The notes: a model not told the origin generated them from the letters alone. DNA of 64,000 bases from an uncultured Nitrospira sp. (GCA_963734475.1 CAVTHB010000003.1:60390-124389), one strand, 5' to 3'. Shown: positions 30,595 through 39,838, counted from the first letter of the stretch. Numbers and translations: made by a program.

Positions 30595-31984
30595 TCAGAA
30601 CCCGATGGTCTGCGGCGCCCTGGGGCAGGGGATGACGTCACGGATATTGGTCATGCCGGTAATGTATTGCACCATACGTTCGAAACCCAGCCCGAAGCCC
30701 GCGTGGGGGGCGGAGCCGAACCTCCGGAGATCAAGATACCACTGAAGGTTTTCCAACGGCACATTCGAGTCGCGCATTCTCTCTTCCAGCACCTCCAGCC
30801 TTTCCTCACGCTGGCTTCCGCCGATTATCTCGCCTATTTTAGGGGCGAGCACGTCCATTGCGGCAACGGTTTTTCCGTCCGGGTTAAGTCTCATGTAAAA
30901 GGCCTTTATCTCCTTCGGGTAATCAAAAACAATAACAGGCCCGTTGAAGACCGTGTCAGTGAGATAGCGCTCATGTTCGGATTGCAGGTCCGTGCCCCAT
31001 TCCACAGGAAATTCAAATTGCTCTTTTGCATTTTTTAATTCCTTTACGGCATCGCTATAGGAAATATGCACAAAGGGCGTTTCCGACAGTCTGATCAGAT
31101 CGGCCCTGGATATTTTTTTGTACTGGTTCTCTAAAAAGGCAAGCTCTTTCTCCCCTTTTTCGAGCGCCTGAGCACAGAGATAGCGGAAGAAATCTTCGGC
31201 AAGACGCATGTCGTCACTGAGGTCTGCAAAGGCCATTTCCGGCTCGATCATCCAGAACTCTGAAAGATGACGGGAGGTGTTTGAATTCTCGGCCCTGAAG
31301 GTGGGACCGAAGGTATAGACATTACCCAGGGACATGGCCAGAAACTCGGCCTCAAGCTGGCCGCTCACAGTCAAATATGCCCTTTTGCCGAAAAAGTCCT
31401 GCGTAAAATCTACAGCGCCGGTTTCCCTGCTTTGGCGGATTTCCGATATCGAGTGATGTTACTGAAAAGAGCTCTCCTGCGCCTTCGCAGTCGCTTGAAG
31501 TGATAATAGGTGTATGGACCCAGACGAAGCCGCGGGACTGAAAGAAGTCATGCACGGCAGCGGCGAGGAGATTGCGCAGTCTGAATACAGCTCCGAAGGT
31601 ATTTGTCCGCGGCCTGAGATGTCCGATCTCCCTAAGAAATTCCAGAGTGTGTCCTTTTTTCTGCAGGGGATATTTCTCAGGGTCGGAATCCCCGAAGACC
31701 GTGATTTCAGAAGTTTCAAGTTCCAGCCGCTGGCCCTTTCCGGGTGAGTCCTTCAAAACTCCCTTGGCCATGATGGCTGCCCCGGTATTGCAGCGGACTA
31801 TTTCCCCGAAGGCGGCTGACTCGCCGGGGACTACAAGCTGCAGGGAATCCTGGGAGGACCCGTCATTCAGCACAACAAAGGCAAAGCCTTTTGATTCACG
31901 CCGCGACCTTACCCAGCCGCATACAGTGACAGGGTCACCTGCATTTCCGTTTTGAAGGACCTCTTTTATCAGTGTTCTTTCCAC
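30595..31984 (-). pseudogene. asnS: Asparagine--tRNA ligase interrupted by one frameshift near 31430
   Basis: The N-terminal OB-fold part is 31352-31984 and the class II catalytic core is 30595-31374 ([15 protein letters not shown]...PRAP). Shifting frame near CCGCCAAAGCAGGGAAACC restores ...[28 protein letters not shown]. Confidence 0.9.
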
Positions 31985-32032
31985 AGTGACCTCCGGGATT
32001 ATGACTTAACTGAGTTTGTTTAATGGATCGCA

Positions 32033-32160
32033 AGCGTTCAGCTATCAGCGCTGAGCTATCAGCTAAAGGCGTTATCCTGGTCCGAAATCGCAGTCTTGCA
32101 GTCTCAGGAGTCTGTTTTTAAACTTATACTACTGAAAACTGAATACTGAGAGCTGGAACT
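32033..32160. repeat. Family A palindromic element, copy 3 (right arm diverged)
   Basis: The arms are gcgttcagctatcagcgctgagctatcagctaaaggc ... actgaaaactgaatactgagagctggaac. Confidence 0.65.
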
Positions 32161-32280
32161 AGTACATTGTATCATAATGAGGTGTCTGGATAGAGCGGCG
32201 GTTTTCATTGCATAATAATTCTGAAGTGGAGTACCGAAGAATATTACTGTCAGGGTAAAAGTGCCGGAGCGAATGCCTCT

Positions 32281-32613
32281 TCAAAAATCCGGAAACATCT
32301 TTAAGGAGATGACTGTGCCGTCAGTTGTTTTGGCTGTGGCAGAGAGAATGCCCCCTTCTATATACTCCAACGCAAAGTCTCTGACACCCCTGGATACCAG
32401 ACCTTTGGCATCGGCAGGGCAGCCTTTTTCGCAGCCTGCTATCCCTTTTACCATTTTTGGGATGAGGCCTTTTAAGTCCAGACCGTCCAGGTCAACGCCT
32501 TTTGAAGAGGCAAAATCCTCTATTTTATTGATCATGGAATCCAGCTCCAGCTGAAAGGGTTTGTCGATAGGGAGTGATAGGGAACTACTTCCAATTTTTA
32601 TGTCCAGCTCCAC
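32281..32613 (-). CDS. Hypothetical small protein
   Basis: 110-aa ORF with a CEKGCP motif. No family recognised. Confidence 0.4.
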   Translation of the reverse strand: MELDIKIGSSSLSLPIDKPFQLELDSMINKIEDFASSKGVDLDGLDLKGLIPKMVKGIAGCEKGCPADAKGLVSRGVRDFALEYIEGGILSATAKTTDGTVISLKMFPDF

Positions 32614-32741
32614 CTGAAAACCTCCTCTCTAAAGAATCTTTGAAGCACTGGAAAAGATATAGCCACCGAAATGGCAATGCAAAACGGATTATTCTATCTA
32701 ATTGGATGAAAATACGCAATGAAAAGGCCGAAGGCTCATTA

Positions 32742-32775
32742 TCTCTCTGCGACCTCCGCGTCTTCTGCGGTGATA
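32742..32775. repeat. Family B element, solo arm
   Basis: The sequence is tctctctgcgacctccgcgtcttctgcggtgata. Confidence 0.5.
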
Positions 32776-32862
32776 CTTTGAAAACTTCTTTCACGAAGTC
32801 TACTTTATCAAGTATAATTCTAACATAGCTTAATTTTATCTTTTTCAAGGAGGTCATGAGTT

Positions 32863-33744
32863 ATGAAACTTAAACCACTTCAGGATTGGGCTGTAATTCA
32901 GAGAATAGAGCCAAAGGAAATGACTGCGGCCGGGATAATCATACCTGAGATGGCCAAGGACAAGCCCACGGAAGGTATCGTCCTGGCGATCGGACCGGGG
33001 AAGTTCAAGACAGAGAAAGGCGAAGAGAAAAAGAAAGAGAAGGAGAAGAAAAAGAAATTTGTCCCTACAGTATTGAGACCGGGGCAAAAGATCATCTATG
33101 GGGAATATTCCGCCAGAGAGTTCGAGTTCGATGGTGAGACAATCGTCTTAGTCAGGGAAGAGGATGTTCTGGGAACTGTCGAGGAAACCCAAATCGTTGA
33201 AAAACAGCCTTTTGCCGTGGAAGAAAAACGTCAACAGCCGGTAGCTGTAAAAAAGAAAAACGAAGTTATGGCAATAGCTGCCCCTGAGAAGGAGAAAAAG
33301 AGCGTCTCTGCTCCTGCAAAAAAGGGGAGTACACCTGAAAAAATGACCTCAAAGAAGGCGGCCCCGGATGCAAAGGCGGACGTCAAGAAAGAAAAGAAAA
33401 AGGCCGTTGCGAAAAAAACAGATGAAAGCCTTAAGAAGAAAACAGTAAGGACCAGCAAGGCAAAGACGCCGGTCAACAAACCTGCAGCAAAGAAAACAAC
33501 TGGGAAGCCGATCAAGAAGGCAGTCCCGCTTAAAAAAACAAAAGGTCCTGAAAAGAAAACTGCGGTAAAGAAGGCCGTGACAAAAAAGAAGGTCGTGGAA
33601 AAGACAGCCCCCGCAAAAAAGAAGACGGTCCAAAAAAAGCTTGCTGTCAAACCTGTGAAAAAAACTGCGATGAAAAAAACAACGCCGGTAAAAAAGAAGT
33701 CAGCTGCAAAAAAGCCATCGGCAAAAGGCAGGGCGAAAAGATAA
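32863..33744 (+). CDS. GroES-like co-chaperonin domain fused to a roughly 185-aa Lys/Ala/Pro-rich histone-H1-like tail
   Basis: A strong AAGGAGG RBS is present. The N-terminus MKLKPLQDWAVIQRIEPKEMTAAGIIIPE...VLAIGPG...REEDVLGTVE aligns with the GroES pattern, with a lysine-rich insertion in the roof loop. The C-terminal half is KKxxAKK-type low complexity. No groEL follows. Confidence 0.75.
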   Translation: MKLKPLQDWAVIQRIEPKEMTAAGIIIPEMAKDKPTEGIVLAIGPGKFKTEKGEEKKKEKEKKKKFVPTVLRPGQKIIYGEYSAREFEFDGETIVLVREEDVLGTVEETQIVEKQPFAVEEKRQQPVAVKKKNEVMAIAAPEKEKKSVSAPAKKGSTPEKMTSKKAAPDAKADVKKEKKKAVAKKTDESLKKKTVRTSKAKTPVNKPAAKKTTGKPIKKAVPLKKTKGPEKKTAVKKAVTKKKVVEKTAPAKKKTVQKKLAVKPVKKTAMKKTTPVKKKSAAKKPSAKGRAKR

Positions 33745-33778
33745 GGGCTGCCCTGCTTGGCATGGGTAGAGAGTTTCA

Positions 33779-34735
33779 ATGAAGCTCAGAATAGGCCATC
33801 TTTCCACGTTTTATCATACTGCCATGCTTCTGATGGCCGACGAACATCTCCAGTCGGATCTTGGTGCTGATGTTGAATGGACGCTCTTTGGCACGGGCCC
33901 TTCGATTGTAGCTGCATTTGAAAAGGGTGACCTCGATATCGCTTACGTAGGTTTGCCCCCTGCGCTTATAGGCATTGACAGGGGGGTGGACCTGAAATGC
34001 ATTGCAGGCGGACATATTGAAGGCACGGTAATATGCGGGAAAAAGCGTTACAGAGGCTTTCCTGAAATAGAGGACCTCGGGGAGATACTGGCCCAGTTTC
34101 GCGGAGGAAAGATCGGGGTTCCGGGAAAGGGTTCGATCCATGATGTGATCCTTGCGGACTCTCTCCTCAGGCATCATCTCAATAAAGAAATCGAAGTTGT
34201 AAATTTCTCCTGGGCAGACCGGTTGACAGAAGCGGTTATCCATGATGAAGTATCAGCGGCCTTTGGGACGCCGGCGCTGGCTGCTGTTCTGAAACATTAT
34301 GCCGGGGGCAGGGTGCTCTATCCACCGTCGCAGCTCTGGCCCAACAATCCGAGTTATGGCATTCTTGCGGACAAAAAATTCTTGCAGGATTCGGGGGAGA
34401 CCGTGGAGAGGTTTCTTGTTCAGCATGAAAGGGCTGCTGCAGCTCTGAGGGACCATGCGAGCGAGGCAGCAGTGACCATCTCCAGGTTCCTCGGCTTTGT
34501 CGAGGAAGGCTTGGTCCTGGATGCCCTGAGGATATCACCCAGATATTGCGCAAAGTTGACTGACGGGTATATTTCATCTACGATGACCTTTGCGAAAGTC
34601 ATGAAATCCATGGGATACCTCAGGAGAGATATCACAGCTGAAGAGATATTTGAGACTTCCTTTATCGATAAGGTCCATCCGGAAGAGAACCACTATGCTT
34701 TTCCGGAGCATACGGGTGAGGATGCGAACTCATAA
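33779..34735 (+). CDS. NMT1/SsuA-like (type 2 periplasmic-binding fold) substrate-binding domain protein without an obvious signal peptide
   Basis: MKLRIGHLSTFYHTAMLL...DIAYVGLPPALIG resembles NitT/TauT-family binding proteins. The assignment is by pattern only. Confidence 0.5.
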   Translation: MKLRIGHLSTFYHTAMLLMADEHLQSDLGADVEWTLFGTGPSIVAAFEKGDLDIAYVGLPPALIGIDRGVDLKCIAGGHIEGTVICGKKRYRGFPEIEDLGEILAQFRGGKIGVPGKGSIHDVILADSLLRHHLNKEIEVVNFSWADRLTEAVIHDEVSAAFGTPALAAVLKHYAGGRVLYPPSQLWPNNPSYGILADKKFLQDSGETVERFLVQHERAAAALRDHASEAAVTISRFLGFVEEGLVLDALRISPRYCAKLTDGYISSTMTFAKVMKSMGYLRRDITAEEIFETSFIDKVHPEENHYAFPEHTGEDANS

Positions 34736-34746
34736 AAAGTCGAAAA

Positions 34747-34813
34747 TTACCGCAGAGTGTGCAGAGCACGCGTAGGACAGAGAAGTATTGCGGGCTGTTA
34801 ACTGCGGTGAAAA
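34747..34813. repeat. Family B element, short copy
   Basis: The arms are ttaccgcagagtgtgcagagcacg ... aactgcggtgaaaa. Confidence 0.6.
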
Positions 34814-34859
34814 TATTTTTTTAACTAAGTCTTAAAGTTTGGGAAAGAGAGGCCAGAGT

Positions 34860-35435
34860 ATGTCAAAAAAAGAAAGAAATCTGCCGAAGCCGGGGAAGAC
34901 CCCGTTCAGCAGAAAGAGACCTGTAAATGAGGGGCAGGACGATCTGCTGATGGCAGACCAGATGGCTATGGCTTCTGCAGAGGGAAGACTGGATGAGTAC
35001 CTTGAGCAGGAGATTCCGGAAGGCGAGTATGCAAAAAAACTTGCGAGGATGATGATGGGGATGACCGGGATAGTCCCCCCTGAAGAAGACCGTGCTGGAT
35101 CTTCTGAGGCAAGTGGAACAGAGAAGCCGGAGGAAATTAAAGCTGCTCAGACTGTGCCGGAAGATGTGGTAAGTGCTGTGCATGCCGGTGACGTAGAGAA
35201 ACTAAAGGGGCTGCTTGCGCGGGAGAAACAGCGAAGAGATCCTCAACAGGAGGATGAGACATACTCCGGGGAGAAGATCTTTGAAAAGCAGCCACAACCA
35301 GAAACTGTGCTTGAGAAGGCGATGCTCGATGAAGTGCTCAAGATTGCTGCTGATAACAGCCTGAACGTCGACTGGCTGATAGCCCGGGCGCTGAAGTTGT
35401 ATCTGGAGGAGTACCGGAAGACCGGACGGCTATGA
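34860..35435 (+). CDS. Hypothetical acidic protein
   Basis: ORF with an AGAGAGG RBS before the ATG at 34860. The track start is a TTG at 34839. No domain recognised. Confidence 0.45.
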   Translation: MSKKERNLPKPGKTPFSRKRPVNEGQDDLLMADQMAMASAEGRLDEYLEQEIPEGEYAKKLARMMMGMTGIVPPEEDRAGSSEASGTEKPEEIKAAQTVPEDVVSAVHAGDVEKLKGLLAREKQRRDPQQEDETYSGEKIFEKQPQPETVLEKAMLDEVLKIAADNSLNVDWLIARALKLYLEEYRKTGRL

Positions 35436-36665
35436 TTTTTGCTTTCTGCTCAGGGGCCGCCTGACGCCCAGGAATTGCATAACCTGCTGTTTGATCTCAA
35501 GATGATGGAGAGGGATGTTGGGCACGTCCCTGTTGCCGGGGACCGCTGGAATGTGAAGGAACAGCAGCTCTTTTTGCCTGCTTCTCAGCACACCCGCAAG
35601 TCCCTTCCTGTCTGCTGACTTAATGACGTTTCTTATGCCGAAACCTTTTGCCACAAGAGAGAGGTCGACACATGAGGCGGTCAGTGTAGACTGGTCGCCG
35701 GTAGAGCCGTATGCACTGTTGTCAATGGCAATGATCGTCAGGTTGGCGGGTGAAAAATGAGCTGTTGTAGCGAGAACTCCCGGGTTCATCAGAAGGCTTC
35801 CGTCTCCATCGATCACAACCACTTTTTTGTCCGTGGTCAGACTGAGGCCAAGGCCAATGGGCGTGGCCATGCCCATGCTCCCCAGCATATAAAAATTTGA
35901 CGGCTGGTGTTTTATGAAAAAAAGCTCCTTCGAAGGGATGCCGAGGTTGCAGACAACGACTTTATTGTCGAGATAGGGCGCAAGTGTGTGCAGTATCTCA
36001 AACCGTGTGTATTTGGGAGAAGCGCCGGATTGTTTATTTATTGTCATTCCGGCTTGTCCGGAATCCTTCTTTTTCAATGTGTTACAAAAACAGCCGATTC
36101 CGGACAAGCCGGAATGACAACCAAAAGAGGTCTTCTGTTTTATTGAAGGATTGATAAGCGGTTCCCTACCCCCTGTATGCGCCCATATCGCAGGACTGAG
36201 CAGAAAGGCATGCATCCTGTCCTTCGAATAAACATCTCTCAGCTTTTTCCCGATTATTGTAAAATCATCCCTGCTGCTGATTGTGGAATATGCTATCCCG
36301 GCCCCTCCGAGGATAAGCGGAAGTCGTTTGCCCATAGGCAGCTGGGCCTCGATTTTTTCCTTGTATACTCCCCGCTGGCTGACGAATATCGCAAGGGGAA
36401 GTTTATAAAACCCTGTAAGGGAGAGCAGCGCGTTTATCATATTTCCGACACCTGAACTCTGCACGAACATGGCGGCCCTCCGACCTGAAAGGGCGGCCCC
36501 TGCGCTTACACCTACCCCTTCCTCTTCCCTGGTGAGGGGCACGTGGAAAAATGCCGTGGCTACCATTTCAAGGAGATATTTGATCTTTTCGCACGGCAAA
36601 GAGGAGGTGAAATCAACACCAGCCTTTTTGAGTATCCCGATCAGTTCTTCTTCTGGGTATTGCAT
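35430..36665 (-). CDS. comDE: Fused sulfopyruvate decarboxylase (ComD-ComE type; phosphonopyruvate decarboxylase not excluded)
   Basis: The N-terminal half has VPLTREEEGVGVSAGAALSG...RGVYKEKIEAQLPMG (ComD-like). The C-terminal half has NFYMLGSMGMATPIGLGL...VIDGDGSLLMN...NSAYGSTG (ThDP-binding ComE-like). The two halves are joined by a linker of about 55 aa encoded by a palindromic repeat. Confidence 0.8.
   Translation of the reverse strand: MQYPEEELIGILKKAGVDFTSSLPCEKIKYLLEMVATAFFHVPLTREEEGVGVSAGAALSGRRAAMFVQSSGVGNMINALLSLTGFYKLPLAIFVSQRGVYKEKIEAQLPMGKRLPLILGGAGIAYSTISSRDDFTIIGKKLRDVYSKDRMHAFLLSPAIWAHTGGREPLINPSIKQKTSFGCHSGLSGIGCFCNTLKKKDSGQAGMTINKQSGASPKYTRFEILHTLAPYLDNKVVVCNLGIPSKELFFIKHQPSNFYMLGSMGMATPIGLGLSLTTDKKVVVIDGDGSLLMNPGVLATTAHFSPANLTIIAIDNSAYGSTGDQSTLTASCVDLSLVAKGFGIRNVIKSADRKGLAGVLRSRQKELLFLHIPAVPGNRDVPNIPLHHLEIKQQVMQFLGVRRPLSRKQKS
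36043..36118. repeat. REP-like double hairpin (GTCATTCC-stem-loop-GGAATSC type) inside the comDE coding sequence
   Basis: The arms gtcattccggcttgtccggaat and attccggacaagccggaatgac are perfect 22-bp inverted repeats separated by 32 bp. Each arm is itself a hairpin. Confidence 0.85.
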
Positions 36666-37897
36666 AAGATCTCCTCTATCTCGGTCATGGTTATCTTTTT
36701 AGATACAAAACGCGGCTCGACATTATATACTCTTTTCTCCCTTCCCAGCCTCTTTTCTCCGCCGCCCGTGATGTTTAACAGAATGGAATCGACACTACTG
36801 ACAGCCCTGATATTGACCGCTTCCCTCAGCGCGGCAACAGCAACGCCGGCTGCAGGCACGATATCTATGCCTTCTGTTTCCGCGAACAGGTCCATTCCGG
36901 AAAATACGTCTTCGTTTTTTATCCCGTACATCATGCCATTCGTTGCCTTGAGAGCATCATATAACCCGCCGACAAGGGAATATGCGGGATACCGGGTTGA
37001 CAAAACTCTTGTCGTAATTTTGCCGATCAGTTCAGGTCTTAGATCTTCAGGGGAAAGTTCGCGGCAGTCTTTCCACCAGGCCTTTACCATCGGCCCAAAG
37101 GGAAAATTCTGCGCCAGGTGCAGCCTGGGATGCCGCGACCCGAACCTGCCGTCACGAATAAACCGTTCCGACATCTCCCATACCCCGATGGCGCCTGTGC
37201 CGCTTCCAACCGCCTGGAAATAGTGGTCCGGGAGCCTGCCCATTTCAGAGACCGCTTTGAGCAATACCGCACCGAGGCCGTCTCTTTTTGCGATGTTCTT
37301 TACCCCTCCTTCAAAAGGGAAGCCATAGACGGCAGAGATCCTTTTTGCCACATCGATCGAATCCGCATAATCACCGTCGCCTACAGCAAGGGTAGGAACT
37401 CCGGAAGAGCTCTCCAGATACCACATCTCGGTAAGGCACATAGTCGGCACAACGATTATGACAGGAAAACCGGCTACTACGGACAGATGGGCAAAGGCCC
37501 TTGCTGTGTTTCCGGCAGAAGCTACGATCAGTCCTTTCACATCGTTTTCCATCGCATTCTGCATAACAACCGCGGCCTCGAATTCCTTGAATGTGCATGT
37601 TTCAAGCAGCGCCCCCATCTCAGGCCAGTAGCCGTTGAAGACTATATAGAGGTTTTCAAGGCCGAGATATGAGGAAAGACCCTTTGACTTGTATACGACA
37701 GGGCCTGCCTGGGCAAAGCCGTGGGTGTGGACCGGGAGCCAGTTGAAGCCCCATACCCCGTCGCCTCTGTCGTCACTGAACTCCCTCTCTTTGTAATCTG
37801 TTATGAGCAGGGCGTCTTTGCAGTGTTCGCAGAACGCGCAGAAGACGTTATTCAGTTCAGCGCCGCACTTTCTGCATCGTATGGAGAAATGGCTCAT
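36641..37897 (-). CDS. Threonine-synthase-family PLP enzyme, probably cysteate synthase
   Basis: It has an N-terminal 4-Cys zinc-ribbon-like CRKCG...CAFCEHC, a PLP-lysine context TCTFKEFEA, and a ThrC-like fold. It overlaps comDE downstream and the Fe-S gene upstream. Confidence 0.65.
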   Translation of the reverse strand: MSHFSIRCRKCGAELNNVFCAFCEHCKDALLITDYKEREFSDDRGDGVWGFNWLPVHTHGFAQAGPVVYKSKGLSSYLGLENLYIVFNGYWPEMGALLETCTFKEFEAAVVMQNAMENDVKGLIVASAGNTARAFAHLSVVAGFPVIIVVPTMCLTEMWYLESSSGVPTLAVGDGDYADSIDVAKRISAVYGFPFEGGVKNIAKRDGLGAVLLKAVSEMGRLPDHYFQAVGSGTGAIGVWEMSERFIRDGRFGSRHPRLHLAQNFPFGPMVKAWWKDCRELSPEDLRPELIGKITTRVLSTRYPAYSLVGGLYDALKATNGMMYGIKNEDVFSGMDLFAETEGIDIVPAAGVAVAALREAVNIRAVSSVDSILLNITGGGEKRLGREKRVYNVEPRFVSKKITMTEIEEILCNTQKKN

Positions 37898-39111
37898 GGG
37901 CTACCTCTTTCGATCAGGCCCGACAACAGCTCCATTATATCAACTATTTTGACCTGTCTTTCGTGTCCGATCAGCGCTTCGTTAACTTTAGCGTAGCATG
38001 CCGGACAGCTCAGGACAAGTTTATCAGCGCCTTTGGTAACAGCCTCGTCTATAGTCAATCTTCCCATAGCAATCGCATTTTCATGAAAGACCTTTCTCGC
38101 GGCCCCTCCGGAGCCGCAGCATCTGGAGTTTACACCATGTCTGTCGAACTCTAGCAACTCGACCCCGGGTATGCTGCCAAGAATCCTCCTGGGTTCCTCA
38201 ATGATGCCTACGCCCCTGCTCAGATAACAGGGGTCATGATAGATTATCTTCTCCTTCAATCCCTCGGTGAAGACTAGCCTTTTTTCCTGGATCGCATCTG
38301 AAACTATCTGCGAAATGTGTCTGACCTTGAAAGGAAGCTCCGAACCGTAGAAGGCAGGCCAGTCTCTGACCATGATATTAACGCAGCAGGGACATGAACA
38401 GATGAGGGTCTTCACTCCCCGTGCCATATATGCATCCACAAGCCGTTTTGTCAGGTCTTCAAGTATATCGAACTGTCCGGTAATAAAGAGAGGGAACCCG
38501 CAGCAGACCTCTTCTTCGGGCGGCAGCATCGTGAAGGGTGCTCCGATAGCATCGAGTACAAGCACATCCCCTCTAACCATGGGTTGTGCTTCATATGCTC
38601 CTGTACATCCGGCATAATAGCCCAGCTCAGCATTTTCCGATATAGTGACATTCTCCGGGAACCACGGCTTGAAGCGGTCTGCAGCAGGCTTTTTATAGGG
38701 ATTGCCTGTCTCCCTGACAGCACCTGGAATGTCTGCCTGCGGCCCTATGGGGCCTAGCCCCCTGCGTACCATCTCGGCCCTCAGCATCGGCCATAGCCGC
38801 TGCGTAAAAATGCCGACAGAGCAGTTCTGTCCGCAGGCCCCGCAGGTGGTGCATTCATAAACCGCTTTTGTGAAATCCTCGAGCAGTCTTCTGTCAATCT
38901 GTCCGGGGCCGAAAAGTCTGGCCTTCAGTCCGTCTGTCGCCCGGATGAATTCCCTGAAAAGGCGTATCTTTTCAGGAGGCGAAACCGCTTGATTCGGCGC
39001 TACCTCCTGGACCGGGCAGTGCTTCAGACACTCGCCGCAGAGGGTACAGGCGTCGAGTTCCATTAGCTGCATAGGGGTCAACCCCCGTGTAAAGGAATCC
39101 TTATTTTTCAT
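37894..39111 (-). CDS. HdrD/DsrK/GlpC-family Fe-S oxidoreductase (2x[4Fe-4S] + 2 CCG domains), copy 1
   Basis: The ferredoxin motifs are CTLCGECLKHCP and CTTCGACGQNC. The CCG motifs are EVCCGFP and SRCCGSGG. Confidence 0.85.
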   Translation of the reverse strand: MKNKDSFTRGLTPMQLMELDACTLCGECLKHCPVQEVAPNQAVSPPEKIRLFREFIRATDGLKARLFGPGQIDRRLLEDFTKAVYECTTCGACGQNCSVGIFTQRLWPMLRAEMVRRGLGPIGPQADIPGAVRETGNPYKKPAADRFKPWFPENVTISENAELGYYAGCTGAYEAQPMVRGDVLVLDAIGAPFTMLPPEEEVCCGFPLFITGQFDILEDLTKRLVDAYMARGVKTLICSCPCCVNIMVRDWPAFYGSELPFKVRHISQIVSDAIQEKRLVFTEGLKEKIIYHDPCYLSRGVGIIEEPRRILGSIPGVELLEFDRHGVNSRCCGSGGAARKVFHENAIAMGRLTIDEAVTKGADKLVLSCPACYAKVNEALIGHERQVKIVDIMELLSGLIERGSP

Positions 39112-39838
39112 TCATCAGTGACCTGACCGCCTTCTCCCTCTGGCGCGCATCGAGCAGCGAGACCGGTGCCGCTGCTATGTGCGTGGGAAGATACGCAAAA
39201 ATTATGAGAAAAAGGACAAAGTGCATTATAAAAAGAAGGCTGTGAGGCGCCTCGGCCGGTCTGAAAGTGACCATGCCCAGAGCGAACCATTTGATTCCCG
39301 CGAGATCGGGATGGAACCATACTTTCATCAGCAGGCCACTGATGCCGGACAGGAGCAGGAGGGCAAGGAGGAAAAAATTTGAGCTTGATATATAACTTTT
39401 TTTCTCGATGACCAGCTTTGCTATGAAGATGTATATGAGGGACAGCGGCAGGAGATATTGCGCGATAATGACAGGTGTCTGAAGCGCAAAAATGCAGGAA
39501 GGTACAGGTTCCAGAAAAAAGCGCAGATGCCGGACCATTACGAGAACAAGGCACATATGGAAAAGCCATTCCCCGAACCAGAGGAAGGCGTTCGAGAAGA
39601 AAAGCCTCCTGAGTAACAGGATATCGACCGCGGTTGATGCAGCAACGGAGAGGGTGATGCCGGACCGCGCGGCAGCAGCAGGGAGGACCTCATCTTTTCT
39701 GAGCAAAAGGGATATTTTCTGGATATAGGAGACGATAAAGAGGACCATAACCAGATAGTAACCCCATGTCAGAACAATGCCCATATCGGCGTACCCTTTC
39801 GGAGGTCTCATATGGCTAGAGCCTGGAAAAGGCATCAA
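39101..39838 (-). CDS. NarI/DsrM/HdrE-like integral membrane (putative di-heme b) subunit, copy 1
   Basis: Five to six TM helices carry conserved His residues (FHMCLV..RHLRFF, IMHFV..YLPTH). It overlaps both flanking Fe-S genes. Confidence 0.7.
   Translation of the reverse strand: MMPFPGSSHMRPPKGYADMGIVLTWGYYLVMVLFIVSYIQKISLLLRKDEVLPAAAARSGITLSVAASTAVDILLLRRLFFSNAFLWFGEWLFHMCLVLVMVRHLRFFLEPVPSCIFALQTPVIIAQYLLPLSLIYIFIAKLVIEKKSYISSSNFFLLALLLLSGISGLLMKVWFHPDLAGIKWFALGMVTFRPAEAPHSLLFIMHFVLFLIIFAYLPTHIAAAPVSLLDARQREKAVRSLMNEK

Noticed and set aside
32780-32862. I looked for a CIRCE operator (TTAGCACTC-N9-GAGTGCTAA) upstream of the GroES-like gene and between grpE and hrcA.
   Set aside because: No match was seen by eye. 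The hrcA promoter region lies outside the window.
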